Source of the DNA: a virus
Taxonomy: Duplodnaviria; Caudoviricetes
Direction: 5' to 3' (one strand)
DNA length: 34,588 nucleotides
Virus record (IMG/VR): IMGVR_UViG_3300020043_002535
Coordinates: 1-34,588 of that record
Shown one piece after another: positions 26,248-34,248 of the stretch. Numbering within the stretch: position 1 is the stretch's first letter; every line of letters begins with the position of its first letter. Both the position numbers and the translations under genes were made by a program. The notes beneath the pieces are model-generated. The model saw only the letters and a program-made list of their open reading frames with translations, was not told the origin of the DNA and did not search any database.

Positions 26248-28826
26248 ATCTACTTAAGACCATTATCGAGCGGCTCAATCAACGCATTGAGGTTGCTAAT
26301 ATCTTCGACAAGCAGTTCGGCCTTTGCGAGCTTAATGCAAACGGCAATGACAAGGCTTGGGTGCATTACATTGGCAATGGTCAAGCGGAGGTTGTAACCA
26401 ACTTCGATGCAAAGCAGGGTACATTGTTCTGGGCTAAGCGTAGCAAGGTGACTGTTGTCAAGACCGATGCCTACAAGATGAGCGGCTGCAAGCAGTTGTA
26501 TGTCACAAGCTTTCCCCTAACGGCTTACGCTGTTGTGCGCAAGAGCCATCTACCTTGCGATGGAGATGATGCTCAGGACTGGCTTGCTTCCAGAATCTAC
26601 AAGCTGACAAGTGGCACTGATCCACAATTCAAGCAGAATCTTGGAGTGATTAATTATGAAGTAATTCCAAGCGGTTATATCAACGAGATTAAAAGCCTAA
26701 CAGCAAACTATGAGTTTGCTTGCGTAACTGTTGACTTCGATATTCAAGTGATCACAACCACAGAAGATGGCTGCTACGATATATGCGCAACAGGCGATAT
26801 TCCCCTTCCAGACTTCCAACCTTGCACACCATGCTTGACTGAGGTTGCTGTTGATGGTGTGACTATCATCGGAAACGGAACGGCAGATGATCCGTTGGTG
26901 GCAATAGGAGGCGGTGGCGGTGGTGGTATTATGACTGCCATTGCATTCTCAACTGATCATCTTGCATCAACTGGTAATCAATATCAAATAGGCAATGTTG
27001 TTTGGTACAATGGAAACATCTACCGATGTATTGCTGCTAATGATTCAATAGTACCAACCAATGCTACGTATTGGACTAATCTTGGCGCAGGGTTTCAAAC
27101 CATTGAAAGACCTTCCGATTGGAATGCAACAAGCGGCAACAATCAGATTCTAAACAAGCCGACAATTCCAGTGCTTCCTGCGACCATTGTGGAATCAGTT
27201 GGAGGCACAGCACCGATTGCATCAACCGGCGGAGCAAATCCCGACATCAGCATCAGCCAAGCAGATGGAAGTACTGATGGATATCTGACCTCAACCGATT
27301 GGAATACATTCGATGGAAAGTTTGATGTGCCAACAGGAACAAGCACAGACTACCTCGATGGAACTGGAACTCCAACTCCATTCCCAACCATTCCGGTAGT
27401 GACAGGCTTCGTTCCTTACACTGGAGCGACTGCCGACTTAGATATGGGAACTCACAATGTGACTGCGGATCATATTGCGCTCAATGTATCGCCATCTGGA
27501 GCAGGCTTTGTGGTGGGTGCAACAGAGTGGAATAACACTCTTGGAAGTTCTCAAACATTGCTCAAGGGTGGCAATGTAATTTTAAAAAATGGAGTTGACT
27601 TAGTTGCTCGAATTGTTAACAAGGTGACTCCTAACACTACACTAACTAAAGCTGCATATCAAGCGGTTCGAGTAAGTGGCGCAACAGGAGGAAGGCTTTC
27701 TGTGGAACTTGCAAGAGCAAACAATGACAACAATAGTGCGGATACAATCGGACTTGTAACAGAAACCATTGCAACCAATCAAGAAGGTTTTATCATAACT
27801 GTTGGGCAGTTGTTAGATATTAATACCACCGGATCACTGCAAGGTGAAACTTGGGCGGATGGAGATGTTCTTTACCTATCACCATCAACGGCAGGAAGGC
27901 TTACCAACATCAAGCCGACCGGAGCAACAGGGCACATCGTGGTAATGGGATACGTTGAGTATGCTCACGCAACCCAAGGTGCAATCTATGTCAAGGTGAT
28001 GAACGGATGGGAGCTTGATGAATTGCATAACGTATACATCAACTCGCCTGCAAATAACGATGCGCTTATCTACGAGAGCTCGACTCAGCTGTGGAAAAAC
28101 AAAACCATTGCAACTGCACTTGGATACACTCCAGTTGCAACAACTCGCAGCATAGGTACTACTGCGCCACTAACTGGCGGAGGTGACTTAAGCGCAGACA
28201 GAACGATTGCCATCGCCAAAGCAACGGCTTCAGTTGATGGATATCTTGCAGCAACAGACTTCACAACATTTGCAGCCAAGCAAGATGCACTATCAAGTGG
28301 AGTAAACATCAAGACCATAAACTCGACTTCATTGCTTGGAAGTGGCAATATTGCAATTGCATCATTGGGAGTTTACAAAAACACTACCGATGGAGCTGCA
28401 TCAAGTGGAACGACTAACACCTTCAGTCAATCGGTGCTTGTTCCTGGCAACTCGGTTGTCGCAGGGAATGTCCTTGAGTTTAAGTTGAGAGGTCGTAAGA
28501 CTGGAGCTAATAACACCTACACCATTCGACTTTATGCGAATACTACAAACAACTTGAGTGGCTCTCCAGTACTACTTGCAACATATACTGCAACGCTTAT
28601 CCAAGCACTTGCATTGCAGATGACAAGAACATCGGCTGTGAAAAATGTAACAACCAATACTGAGATGGCACTTGCAACAACATCACTTGCAACTGACTTT
28701 GCAAATACATCATTCGCATCAATCGCAGTGGATTGGACAACCGACAAGTACATCATCGGTGCAGTTCAAAATACCAATGCAGCAGACTCCTCATTAATCT
28801 CACTAATTTCAATGACAATTATATGA
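26244..28826 (+). CDS. Virion protein: tail-terminator-like N-terminal domain fused to long fibre modules
   Basis: About 185-aa alpha/beta N-domain, then VDGVTIIGNGT..DPL, Gly7, Y..G.VV.YNG.IY...W (CBM5/12-like), two DGYL...D..TF..K repeats and NIKTIN..SLLGSGNI. Confidence 0.7.
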   Translation: MNLLKTIIERLNQRIEVANIFDKQFGLCELNANGNDKAWVHYIGNGQAEVVTNFDAKQGTLFWAKRSKVTVVKTDAYKMSGCKQLYVTSFPLTAYAVVRKSHLPCDGDDAQDWLASRIYKLTSGTDPQFKQNLGVINYEVIPSGYINEIKSLTANYEFACVTVDFDIQVITTTEDGCYDICATGDIPLPDFQPCTPCLTEVAVDGVTIIGNGTADDPLVAIGGGGGGGIMTAIAFSTDHLASTGNQYQIGNVVWYNGNIYRCIAANDSIVPTNATYWTNLGAGFQTIERPSDWNATSGNNQILNKPTIPVLPATIVESVGGTAPIASTGGANPDISISQADGSTDGYLTSTDWNTFDGKFDVPTGTSTDYLDGTGTPTPFPTIPVVTGFVPYTGATADLDMGTHNVTADHIALNVSPSGAGFVVGATEWNNTLGSSQTLLKGGNVILKNGVDLVARIVNKVTPNTTLTKAAYQAVRVSGATGGRLSVELARANNDNNSADTIGLVTETIATNQEGFIITVGQLLDINTTGSLQGETWADGDVLYLSPSTAGRLTNIKPTGATGHIVVMGYVEYAHATQGAIYVKVMNGWELDELHNVYINSPANNDALIYESSTQLWKNKTIATALGYTPVATTRSIGTTAPLTGGGDLSADRTIAIAKATASVDGYLAATDFTTFAAKQDALSSGVNIKTINSTSLLGSGNIAIASLGVYKNTTDGAASSGTTNTFSQSVLVPGNSVVAGNVLEFKLRGRKTGANNTYTIRLYANTTNNLSGSPVLLATYTATLIQALALQMTRTSAVKNVTTNTEMALATTSLATDFANTSFASIAVDWTTDKYIIGAVQNTNAADSSLISLISMTII

Positions 28827-29041
28827 TAGACATTACTCTTGAAGGTGGCTTCGTAACCTTCTATTCATCGGTGATAGGTGCAATCGCATCAAATGTGGAA
28901 TCTGTTGAGGTGGTTGATGACAACTGCATTCACCTGGGCACTAACGTAGGAGTGTTTCTAATCAATGTAAATCAGTTCACATTTAACGGCATCAAGTTCA
29001 CCAATTCAAGCAAGGCACTAACTTACATAACTAACAACTAA
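28823..29041 (+). CDS. Small hypothetical protein (possible fibre partner)
   Basis: 72 aa, MIDITLEGG...; ATGA-coupled to the fibre gene. Confidence 0.6.
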   Translation: MIDITLEGGFVTFYSSVIGAIASNVESVEVVDDNCIHLGTNVGVFLINVNQFTFNGIKFTNSSKALTYITNN

Positions 29042-29045
29042 CAAC

Positions 29046-29546
29046 ATGGCAGGAGTAAAAATTACATACTTAGGTACATTGACAACGGCTGTCAATGAAG
29101 ACTTACTTTATATCGTGGATGTAAGCGATACATCGCAATCTCCACAAGGAACATCTAAGCAGATTGAGGTTGGTAATATGTTCAGAAGTGGTAGCTATTC
29201 GCCTACAACAAGCGGAGAGATAAACTTAACAGCATCAGCTGTTGCTGCAACATTTATCAAAGTTGGCAATATTGCAACAGTATCGATTCAATTAGATATT
29301 TCATTTGCGGCAGGTGAGAACTCAGGTCTCTTTGAATTATCACTTCCATTTCCATCAAACTTTACAACTGAAAAGCAATGTTTTGGATTGCTTCAATATT
29401 CTTATGCAGGAACGGAATCTGAACTTGTTGCAGTAACAATCGGAGGAAACACAACCAACAACACCTGTCAAGTTGGAATTGAAGTTGTCACTGATGAATT
29501 AGTGATGCAATACGTTACTTTACAATTTCAGTATGAAATCGTCTAA
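29046..29546 (+). CDS. Short tail fibre/receptor-binding protein
   Basis: VKIT.L.......DLLYIVD N-terminal module; G.Y.P and F.KVGN..TV...SLPF tip-domain motifs. Confidence 0.65.
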   Translation: MAGVKITYLGTLTTAVNEDLLYIVDVSDTSQSPQGTSKQIEVGNMFRSGSYSPTTSGEINLTASAVAATFIKVGNIATVSIQLDISFAAGENSGLFELSLPFPSNFTTEKQCFGLLQYSYAGTESELVAVTIGGNTTNNTCQVGIEVVTDELVMQYVTLQFQYEIV

Positions 29547-29991
29547 GAACGGCATCCGTCTCATTCAGGAGTTTGAAGGCTTGCGCCTCACCTCCTACCT
29601 ATGCAGCGCAGGAGTGCCTACCATTGGCTACGGTGCAACCTACTACCATGATGGCAGCAAGGTAAGGCTTGGGCAGACCATCACCAGAGATCAAGCTAAT
29701 CAGCTGCTTGTTGACCATCTTAAGGAGTTTGAAGGTAGCGTACTCGGATTGCTAAACGGCACTAAGGTTAACCAGAATCAGTTCGATGCCCTTGTAAGTT
29801 TTTGCTACAACCTCGGTGCGGCAAACCTTGCCAAGTCGCAGCTATTAAGATTCGTAAAAGCAAATCCAAACGATCCAAAAATTGCAGCCGAGTTTCATAA
29901 GTGGAACAGAGCAGGCGGTGAGGTTGTGACTGGACTTGTAAGAAGGCGCAAGAAAGAGGCGCAACTATATTTCACTCCAGTCGTTTCATAA
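29533..29991 (+). CDS. Endolysin, GH24 lysozyme
   Basis: FEGLRLTSYLCSAGVPTIGYG (E-x8-C-x5-T), NQNQFDALVSF.YN.G and GLVRRR..E. Confidence 0.95.
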   Translation: MKSSKNGIRLIQEFEGLRLTSYLCSAGVPTIGYGATYYHDGSKVRLGQTITRDQANQLLVDHLKEFEGSVLGLLNGTKVNQNQFDALVSFCYNLGAANLAKSQLLRFVKANPNDPKIAAEFHKWNRAGGEVVTGLVRRRKKEAQLYFTPVVS

Positions 29992-29996
29992 ATATT

Positions 29997-30197
29997 ATGG
30001 CGGCAAGGAGAGTCAGCAAACCAAGGCAAATGCTTGACATAATAGTTAAGTATTGGAGGCCAACTATTGGCAGTTTGGTGATTCTCAGCTCTGTGTTCGC
30101 GCTTATCTTTAAGCAGATAACAACAGAGACACTTGCAGCTATAGTGGCAGCAATGGTGGCCGCAGGATATATACCAAAAAGCAGTGACAATGGATGA
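29997..30197 (+). CDS. Putative holin
   Basis: 66 aa with a basic N-terminus and two hydrophobic segments; follows the endolysin. Confidence 0.7.
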   Translation: MAARRVSKPRQMLDIIVKYWRPTIGSLVILSSVFALIFKQITTETLAAIVAAMVAAGYIPKSSDNG

Positions 30198-30672
30198 CGG
30201 AATAGACTCAGTACAAGTGATCACAACCCTGGATGCAGGTTGCGTGGTTGGTATTGGCTGCAAAGTCCATACGCATCACCATCGAATTGAGATTAAGCCC
30301 CAAGTTGTTTATCAATCAATGGAGAAATTCACTATCTTTGGGCGCAACTATTGCACTAATCAGTGGGGGCAGACTTTCGAGTTGCCTGCCGATGATTCAA
30401 TGCCAGAGCCACAGCCGATGCAACAAACCTACGCAAGCGATACCATCACACCAACGCAATCTGCATTCTTGATTGCGCCAAAGCCTGAAGCGAAGATCAT
30501 CATCAAGCCGCGCACTGAGTTCACCGAATACAAGCCGACAATGGATGCTCCAGTGATGGGCATGCTGTTGACTTTCACAATTTACATCACAGCACATTGG
30601 GCATGGAGCTCGATGTCTGCATGGTCAAACCTTTGTAGCGAACTCAAGCAATGTCTTCGCTATTCATCCTAG
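30190..30672 (+). CDS. Unknown membrane-anchored protein with a C-x5-C-x2-HxHHH motif and a C-terminal TM helix
   Basis: CVVGIGCKVHTHHH, a Pro-rich linker and PVMGMLLTFTIYITAHWAW. The start could be 30184. Confidence 0.6.
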   Translation: MDDGIDSVQVITTLDAGCVVGIGCKVHTHHHRIEIKPQVVYQSMEKFTIFGRNYCTNQWGQTFELPADDSMPEPQPMQQTYASDTITPTQSAFLIAPKPEAKIIIKPRTEFTEYKPTMDAPVMGMLLTFTIYITAHWAWSSMSAWSNLCSELKQCLRYSS

Positions 30673-31217
30673 AGCATTCGATTGATTTATTTTATGTGGT
30701 CACTGATCAAGACGGGAAAATTGTGTCCAACAATGAGCTGTTCAAGAACTATGTTAGCCACATAAAGCCAAAAAAAATCACAGACATCATAAGCATTGAA
30801 GGTGATAAGGATGATTTCATTGAAGCCATTGAACGAGCTCGCAAACAATCTCCAGAGCCTTCAAGAGTCTATGCTCGCACAAGACAGAAGAACACAAGCG
30901 ACAGATATAATGTTTGGAATTGCTTTGCGATTGCTGACACTCTACACTTTGTCGGCATCCAGATGGTTGATGTGACAAGCATAAGCTCGCATGATTACGA
31001 AAGGCAGCGCATACTCCTTGAGGAGTTTCGCTTTATGCTTAGCCATGAATTAAGGCAGCCATTAACCAACATCACTGGACTTATTCAGATGCTGATGCAA
31101 CACCAAGAAGCAAGCGAGGTAGATAAGAAGGATGTGCTAAGCATGATAAACACTTCAGTCAACAAGCTTGATGATGCAATCAAGATACTCATCAAGAAAG
31201 CAGCACGCGAGTTATGA
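30651..31217 (+). CDS. PAS domain + HisKA (DHp) protein lacking the HATPase domain
   Basis: VVTDQDGKIVSNNELF (PAS start), VGIQMVDVT (PAC end) and SHELRQPLTNITGL (H-box, His132); ends after the second DHp helix. Confidence 0.85.
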   Translation: MSSLFILEHSIDLFYVVTDQDGKIVSNNELFKNYVSHIKPKKITDIISIEGDKDDFIEAIERARKQSPEPSRVYARTRQKNTSDRYNVWNCFAIADTLHFVGIQMVDVTSISSHDYERQRILLEEFRFMLSHELRQPLTNITGLIQMLMQHQEASEVDKKDVLSMINTSVNKLDDAIKILIKKAAREL

Positions 31218-31396
31218 CGGATCAGCAAGCGGACGAGAGACTGGTTAAGGTTGCCGCTTGGTATGTGATTGAGCGAGGTATGCCGGTATGCGTTGCATTG
31301 CAAATATTGCAAGCGGAGCTCAAGGATAAAAGATTATTTTGGGAATCATCTAAACAACTTATAAAACTGATTCAAGATGGCATCTGTACGTACTGA
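31214..31396 (+). CDS. Small hypothetical helical protein
   Basis: 60 aa; ATGA-coupled to the PAS-HisKA gene and overlapping the spanin start. Confidence 0.55.
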   Translation: MTDQQADERLVKVAAWYVIERGMPVCVALQILQAELKDKRLFWESSKQLIKLIQDGICTY

Positions 31397-32024
31397 AACT
31401 ATTTATTTGGCCGTACTAATTGTACTGCTTTTTTTGTTACTTAAGTCTTGCTCTGATAATGTGCAATCGGATTATCGTCTTAAACACACGATATATGAGG
31501 ACAGCGTACTAATCGCCTCGCAAAAGAAGATAATCGCACAGGCGGGATCTGATGCAGCTAAAAAAGCACAGCAGATTGCAGAGCTCGAAGTCAAAGTAAA
31601 GAATGCAAGTGAGGTGGTGAAGATTGAGACCAGGACTGTAATAAAAACGCAGATCAAGCTTGGCGATACGGTGATGATTGACAAGAAGCCATACATTCAA
31701 CTTCCAAAGCCATTCCTTAAGCAGACCGAGTGGTACACAATCGGCGGCATGATTAACCGACTCGGATGGTTGCAGATTGATAGCTTAGTGATTCCTGCAA
31801 AGTTTACCTATGCAGTAGGTGACACCATGCGCACTGGGTTTTTAAATCGACTGCTTAAGAAGAGCGACACAGTTGTGCGCATGAGAGTCGACAATCCGAA
31901 TGTGGCCATCACTGGAATGGATAATATATACATCAAGGAAGATAAAAAGTGGCATCAGACAACAGCCTTTAAGGTGGGAGTTGGGATGATTATTGGAGTG
32001 GCTGTTGGAGTGACTGCAAAATAA
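31377..32024 (+). CDS. Putative spanin (unimolecular-type architecture)
   Basis: Hydrophobic signal ending LLKSC, a coiled coil, a beta-rich region and C-terminal TM FKVGVGMIIGVAVGV; last gene of the lysis block. Confidence 0.6.
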   Translation: MASVRTETIYLAVLIVLLFLLLKSCSDNVQSDYRLKHTIYEDSVLIASQKKIIAQAGSDAAKKAQQIAELEVKVKNASEVVKIETRTVIKTQIKLGDTVMIDKKPYIQLPKPFLKQTEWYTIGGMINRLGWLQIDSLVIPAKFTYAVGDTMRTGFLNRLLKKSDTVVRMRVDNPNVAITGMDNIYIKEDKKWHQTTAFKVGVGMIIGVAVGVTAK

Positions 32025-32101
32025 TAGCAAATTTATCTTGTTAAATATTAAGCACTTGCAATGCGAGGTAAAAATATTTTGCATTTATTTTAATATATGT
32101 C

Positions 32102-32131
32102 TTGCACATTCAAAATAAAGCTGTACATTTG
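32102..32131 (+). promoter_or_regulatory. Early promoter TTG-N19-TACATTTG
   Basis: Bacteroidota -33/-7 consensus with correct spacing, in an AT-rich intergenic gap. Confidence 0.75.
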
Positions 32132-32137
32132 TCAAAC

Positions 32138-32362
32138 AATCATTCACTCATAAATCATTTACTCTTTTACTCATGCATTCAGAAAAGCAAAAAAATATAG
32201 TACGACATGTAGATCATGCCATTTGGTATTGGGAAGAAAAATTAAAAGGTACTAAATTTTGGTGGGATGAAAATGAGTATAGCGAAGAGTGGATTATTTC
32301 ACAAATTAAATACTTCAAAGAATTCAAATCAATTTAATCATTCACTAATTCAATCATTCACT
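32138..32362 (+). repeat. Four AATCATT(C/T)ACT direct repeats arranged as two pairs
   Basis: Copies at 32138, 32153, 32336 and 32352; each pair lies just upstream of an ATG. Confidence 0.8.
32173..32337 (+). CDS. 54-aa Trp-rich first early protein, absent from the ORF track
   Basis: Manual translation MHSEKQKNIVRHVDHAIWYWEEKLKGTKFWWDENEYSEEWIISQIKYFKEFKSI. Confidence 0.65.
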   Translation: MHSEKQKNIVRHVDHAIWYWEEKLKGTKFWWDENEYSEEWIISQIKYFKEFKSI

Positions 32363-32650
32363 ATGAACACATTTTTCAAATCACACGACAGCACGCAGTA
32401 TTTTAACTACGATCATCTTAGCGGCATTATGCTAACAATCGTGCAAGACGGTTGCCATCAAGGGCTCTTTCAGAGATGCGATAAGAACTCACTTGTACTT
32501 GTTCGCCAGTACTCCAAAGAAATGCAACAAGGGCTACATGAATCAGTTCGCACTTATCATCCATCAGATGTTAACGAGTTCTTCAGAATGTATCAAAAGA
32601 CGCTGCACAATACACAAGTATCATTTAATCAATTAATAAATCAATTCTAA
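32363..32650 (+). CDS. Hypothetical early protein (95 aa)
   Basis: Start moved to ACT-ATG at 32363, after the repeat pair. Confidence 0.6.
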   Translation: MNTFFKSHDSTQYFNYDHLSGIMLTIVQDGCHQGLFQRCDKNSLVLVRQYSKEMQQGLHESVRTYHPSDVNEFFRMYQKTLHNTQVSFNQLINQF

Positions 32651-32658
32651 TTCAAACT

Positions 32659-33300
32659 ATGGCATTAAAAGCCCCATCAGGGAATAACACCTCCCGCCAA
32701 ATCGCACCGGAAGGAGCATTTGTGGCAAGATGTTACCAAATCGTTGACCTTGGAACAACGATGCAAACTGGTCAGTTTCCAGGTAAAAAACGCAAAGTGC
32801 AGTTTATCTTTGAACTGCCTACTGAAACTCACGCATTCGAGGAAGGCGGAGAAGAGAAGCCGTTCTATGCTCGCAGCATTTACAACCTATCAATGAATGA
32901 GAAGGCAGTGCTTCGCAGAGACATCGAATCTTGGGCAGGTAAAAAGATGAGCAATGATATCGCTTCCGACTTCGACATCTTCACGCTAATTGGAAAGCCT
33001 TGCATGGTCAACTTGACTCACGTAACTAAAGGTGATATGACCTATGCCAACATCATTGGAATCTCTCCAGTGCCTAAAGGATTAGTTTGTCCTCCCGCTT
33101 TTAACACGCCGCTTTGCTACAACACTGAGGAGCATGATGATGCTGTATTTAATCAGCTGCCTGAATTTATTCAAGATAAGATTAAGATGTCTGACGAGTG
33201 GATTGCAAGAGTGAGTAAGCCATTGACTCGAGTAGTAGTGGCTTCGATGGAATCAGCTAAATTTGAGGTTGAATCAGAAGATGATGGATTCCCTTTCTAA
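32659..33300 (+). CDS. SSB-like/NGO0469-family phage replication protein
   Basis: PEG...ARCY.IVDLGT, FELP, L..KA.LR...ESW.G and LIGKPC; acidic tail EDDGFPF. Confidence 0.75.
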   Translation: MALKAPSGNNTSRQIAPEGAFVARCYQIVDLGTTMQTGQFPGKKRKVQFIFELPTETHAFEEGGEEKPFYARSIYNLSMNEKAVLRRDIESWAGKKMSNDIASDFDIFTLIGKPCMVNLTHVTKGDMTYANIIGISPVPKGLVCPPAFNTPLCYNTEEHDDAVFNQLPEFIQDKIKMSDEWIARVSKPLTRVVVASMESAKFEVESEDDGFPF

Positions 33301-33307
33301 AATAACA

Positions 33308-33330
33308 AAGGGCGGTAATCAGCCGCCCTT
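33308..33330 (+). terminator. GC-rich hairpin after the SSB-like gene (weak terminator or processing site)
   Basis: AAGGGCGGT / GCCGCCCTT stem with no long T tail. Confidence 0.45.
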
Positions 33331-33358
33331 CATTAAAAACAACGAAATTCAATACACT

Positions 33359-34015
33359 ATGAACGCAGCTAATATAGAGAACATTTCGGAGTTCTACAAG
33401 GCACTGAACTCAAATGAAGTGCTCAAAGCGCAGAGCATGATTCAAAATGCGCCAAAGGATATCGAGGATAAGCTCTCATACGACATGAGTGCTGAGTCCA
33501 TCAAAGCAGCTAACGATGCTATCAAGCACATCGAAAGCAATCGCAAGATGGTAACGCTTCCGCTCGATGCTTACAAGAAGTCAATCATGGATGTCGAGCG
33601 TGATGCAGTTGCTCCGCTTAAGGAGTACATCGAGATCCGCAAAGCTATGATGGTAGGCTACTCCAACGAGCTCGCAAGAAAGAAGGCAGAAGCAGATGCA
33701 GTGATTGCACAGCAAGTAACCGATGCGCTTAAGTCAGCAAGCAACAGCGATGTGAGTGATATCTTCGCGAACTTCACCGATGCAACAACAACTACTACAC
33801 TTGAGATGGATCACACCAAGAACATACGCATCACCAAAAAAGCGGAGATAGTTGGCGAGGTTGATTGGATGACACTGCTCTGGACACTTATGCAAGCAGA
33901 GATGTTTGATGTAGCCGACTTACTCCGCAAGCTTCCAAAAGCAATGGAGATCACCAAAATGGAGAACATAAAAGGCATTGAAATAATCGAAGTTAAAACA
34001 CAAGCAATCCGATGA
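33359..34015 (+). CDS. Coiled-coil protein, possibly Gam/DUF1351-like and recombination-associated
   Basis: K.IE..RK..T.PL...KK.I pattern; start moved to ACT-ATG at 33359. Confidence 0.6.
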   Translation: MNAANIENISEFYKALNSNEVLKAQSMIQNAPKDIEDKLSYDMSAESIKAANDAIKHIESNRKMVTLPLDAYKKSIMDVERDAVAPLKEYIEIRKAMMVGYSNELARKKAEADAVIAQQVTDALKSASNSDVSDIFANFTDATTTTTLEMDHTKNIRITKKAEIVGEVDWMTLLWTLMQAEMFDVADLLRKLPKAMEITKMENIKGIEIIEVKTQAIR

Positions 34016-34248
34016 ATCCACTTGACAACATAGGCGCAGAGTTCGCCAACTTCAACCGCTTCTTAGACACTATCATCGACCCTCGCGAAGCAGACAACGA
34101 CACGCTTCAGGCCAAGGTCAAAGAAGCAATCATCCAAGCCTATTCAAATGGCTACCATGATGGACAAGAGGCAATGTATAAAAGGCTGCCAAAGCCATCG
34201 CCTAACGGAGGGGAGCAAGGAGGCCTCGATTATTATGAGTCTTTATAA
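34012..34248 (+). CDS. Hypothetical protein
   Basis: ATGA-coupled; AY.NGY.DG motif common in small phage proteins. Confidence 0.6.
   Translation: MNPLDNIGAEFANFNRFLDTIIDPREADNDTLQAKVKEAIIQAYSNGYHDGQEAMYKRLPKPSPNGGEQGGLDYYESL

Noticed and set aside
27270-28285. Repeated GATGGATATCT segments as a DGR template/variable pair
   Set aside because: The similarity reflects a protein repeat (DGYL...D..TF..K); differences are not adenine-specific and no reverse transcriptase is present.
29533-29991. Endolysin inactivated by Asp-to-Cys at the catalytic triad, or SAR type
   Set aside because: E-x8-C-x5-T is a known active GH24 variant, and there is no N-terminal hydrophobic SAR segment.
30630-30672. 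Frameshift fusion of the membrane protein to PAS-HisKA, giving a full membrane sensor
   Set aside because: The -1 frame has a TAG at 30636-30638 and the remaining window has no slippery heptamer; separate proteins are more likely.
32025-32060. dif-like site (TCTTGTTAAAT resembles an XerD arm)
   Set aside because: Only a partial match in very AT-rich DNA, with no convincing XerC arm.
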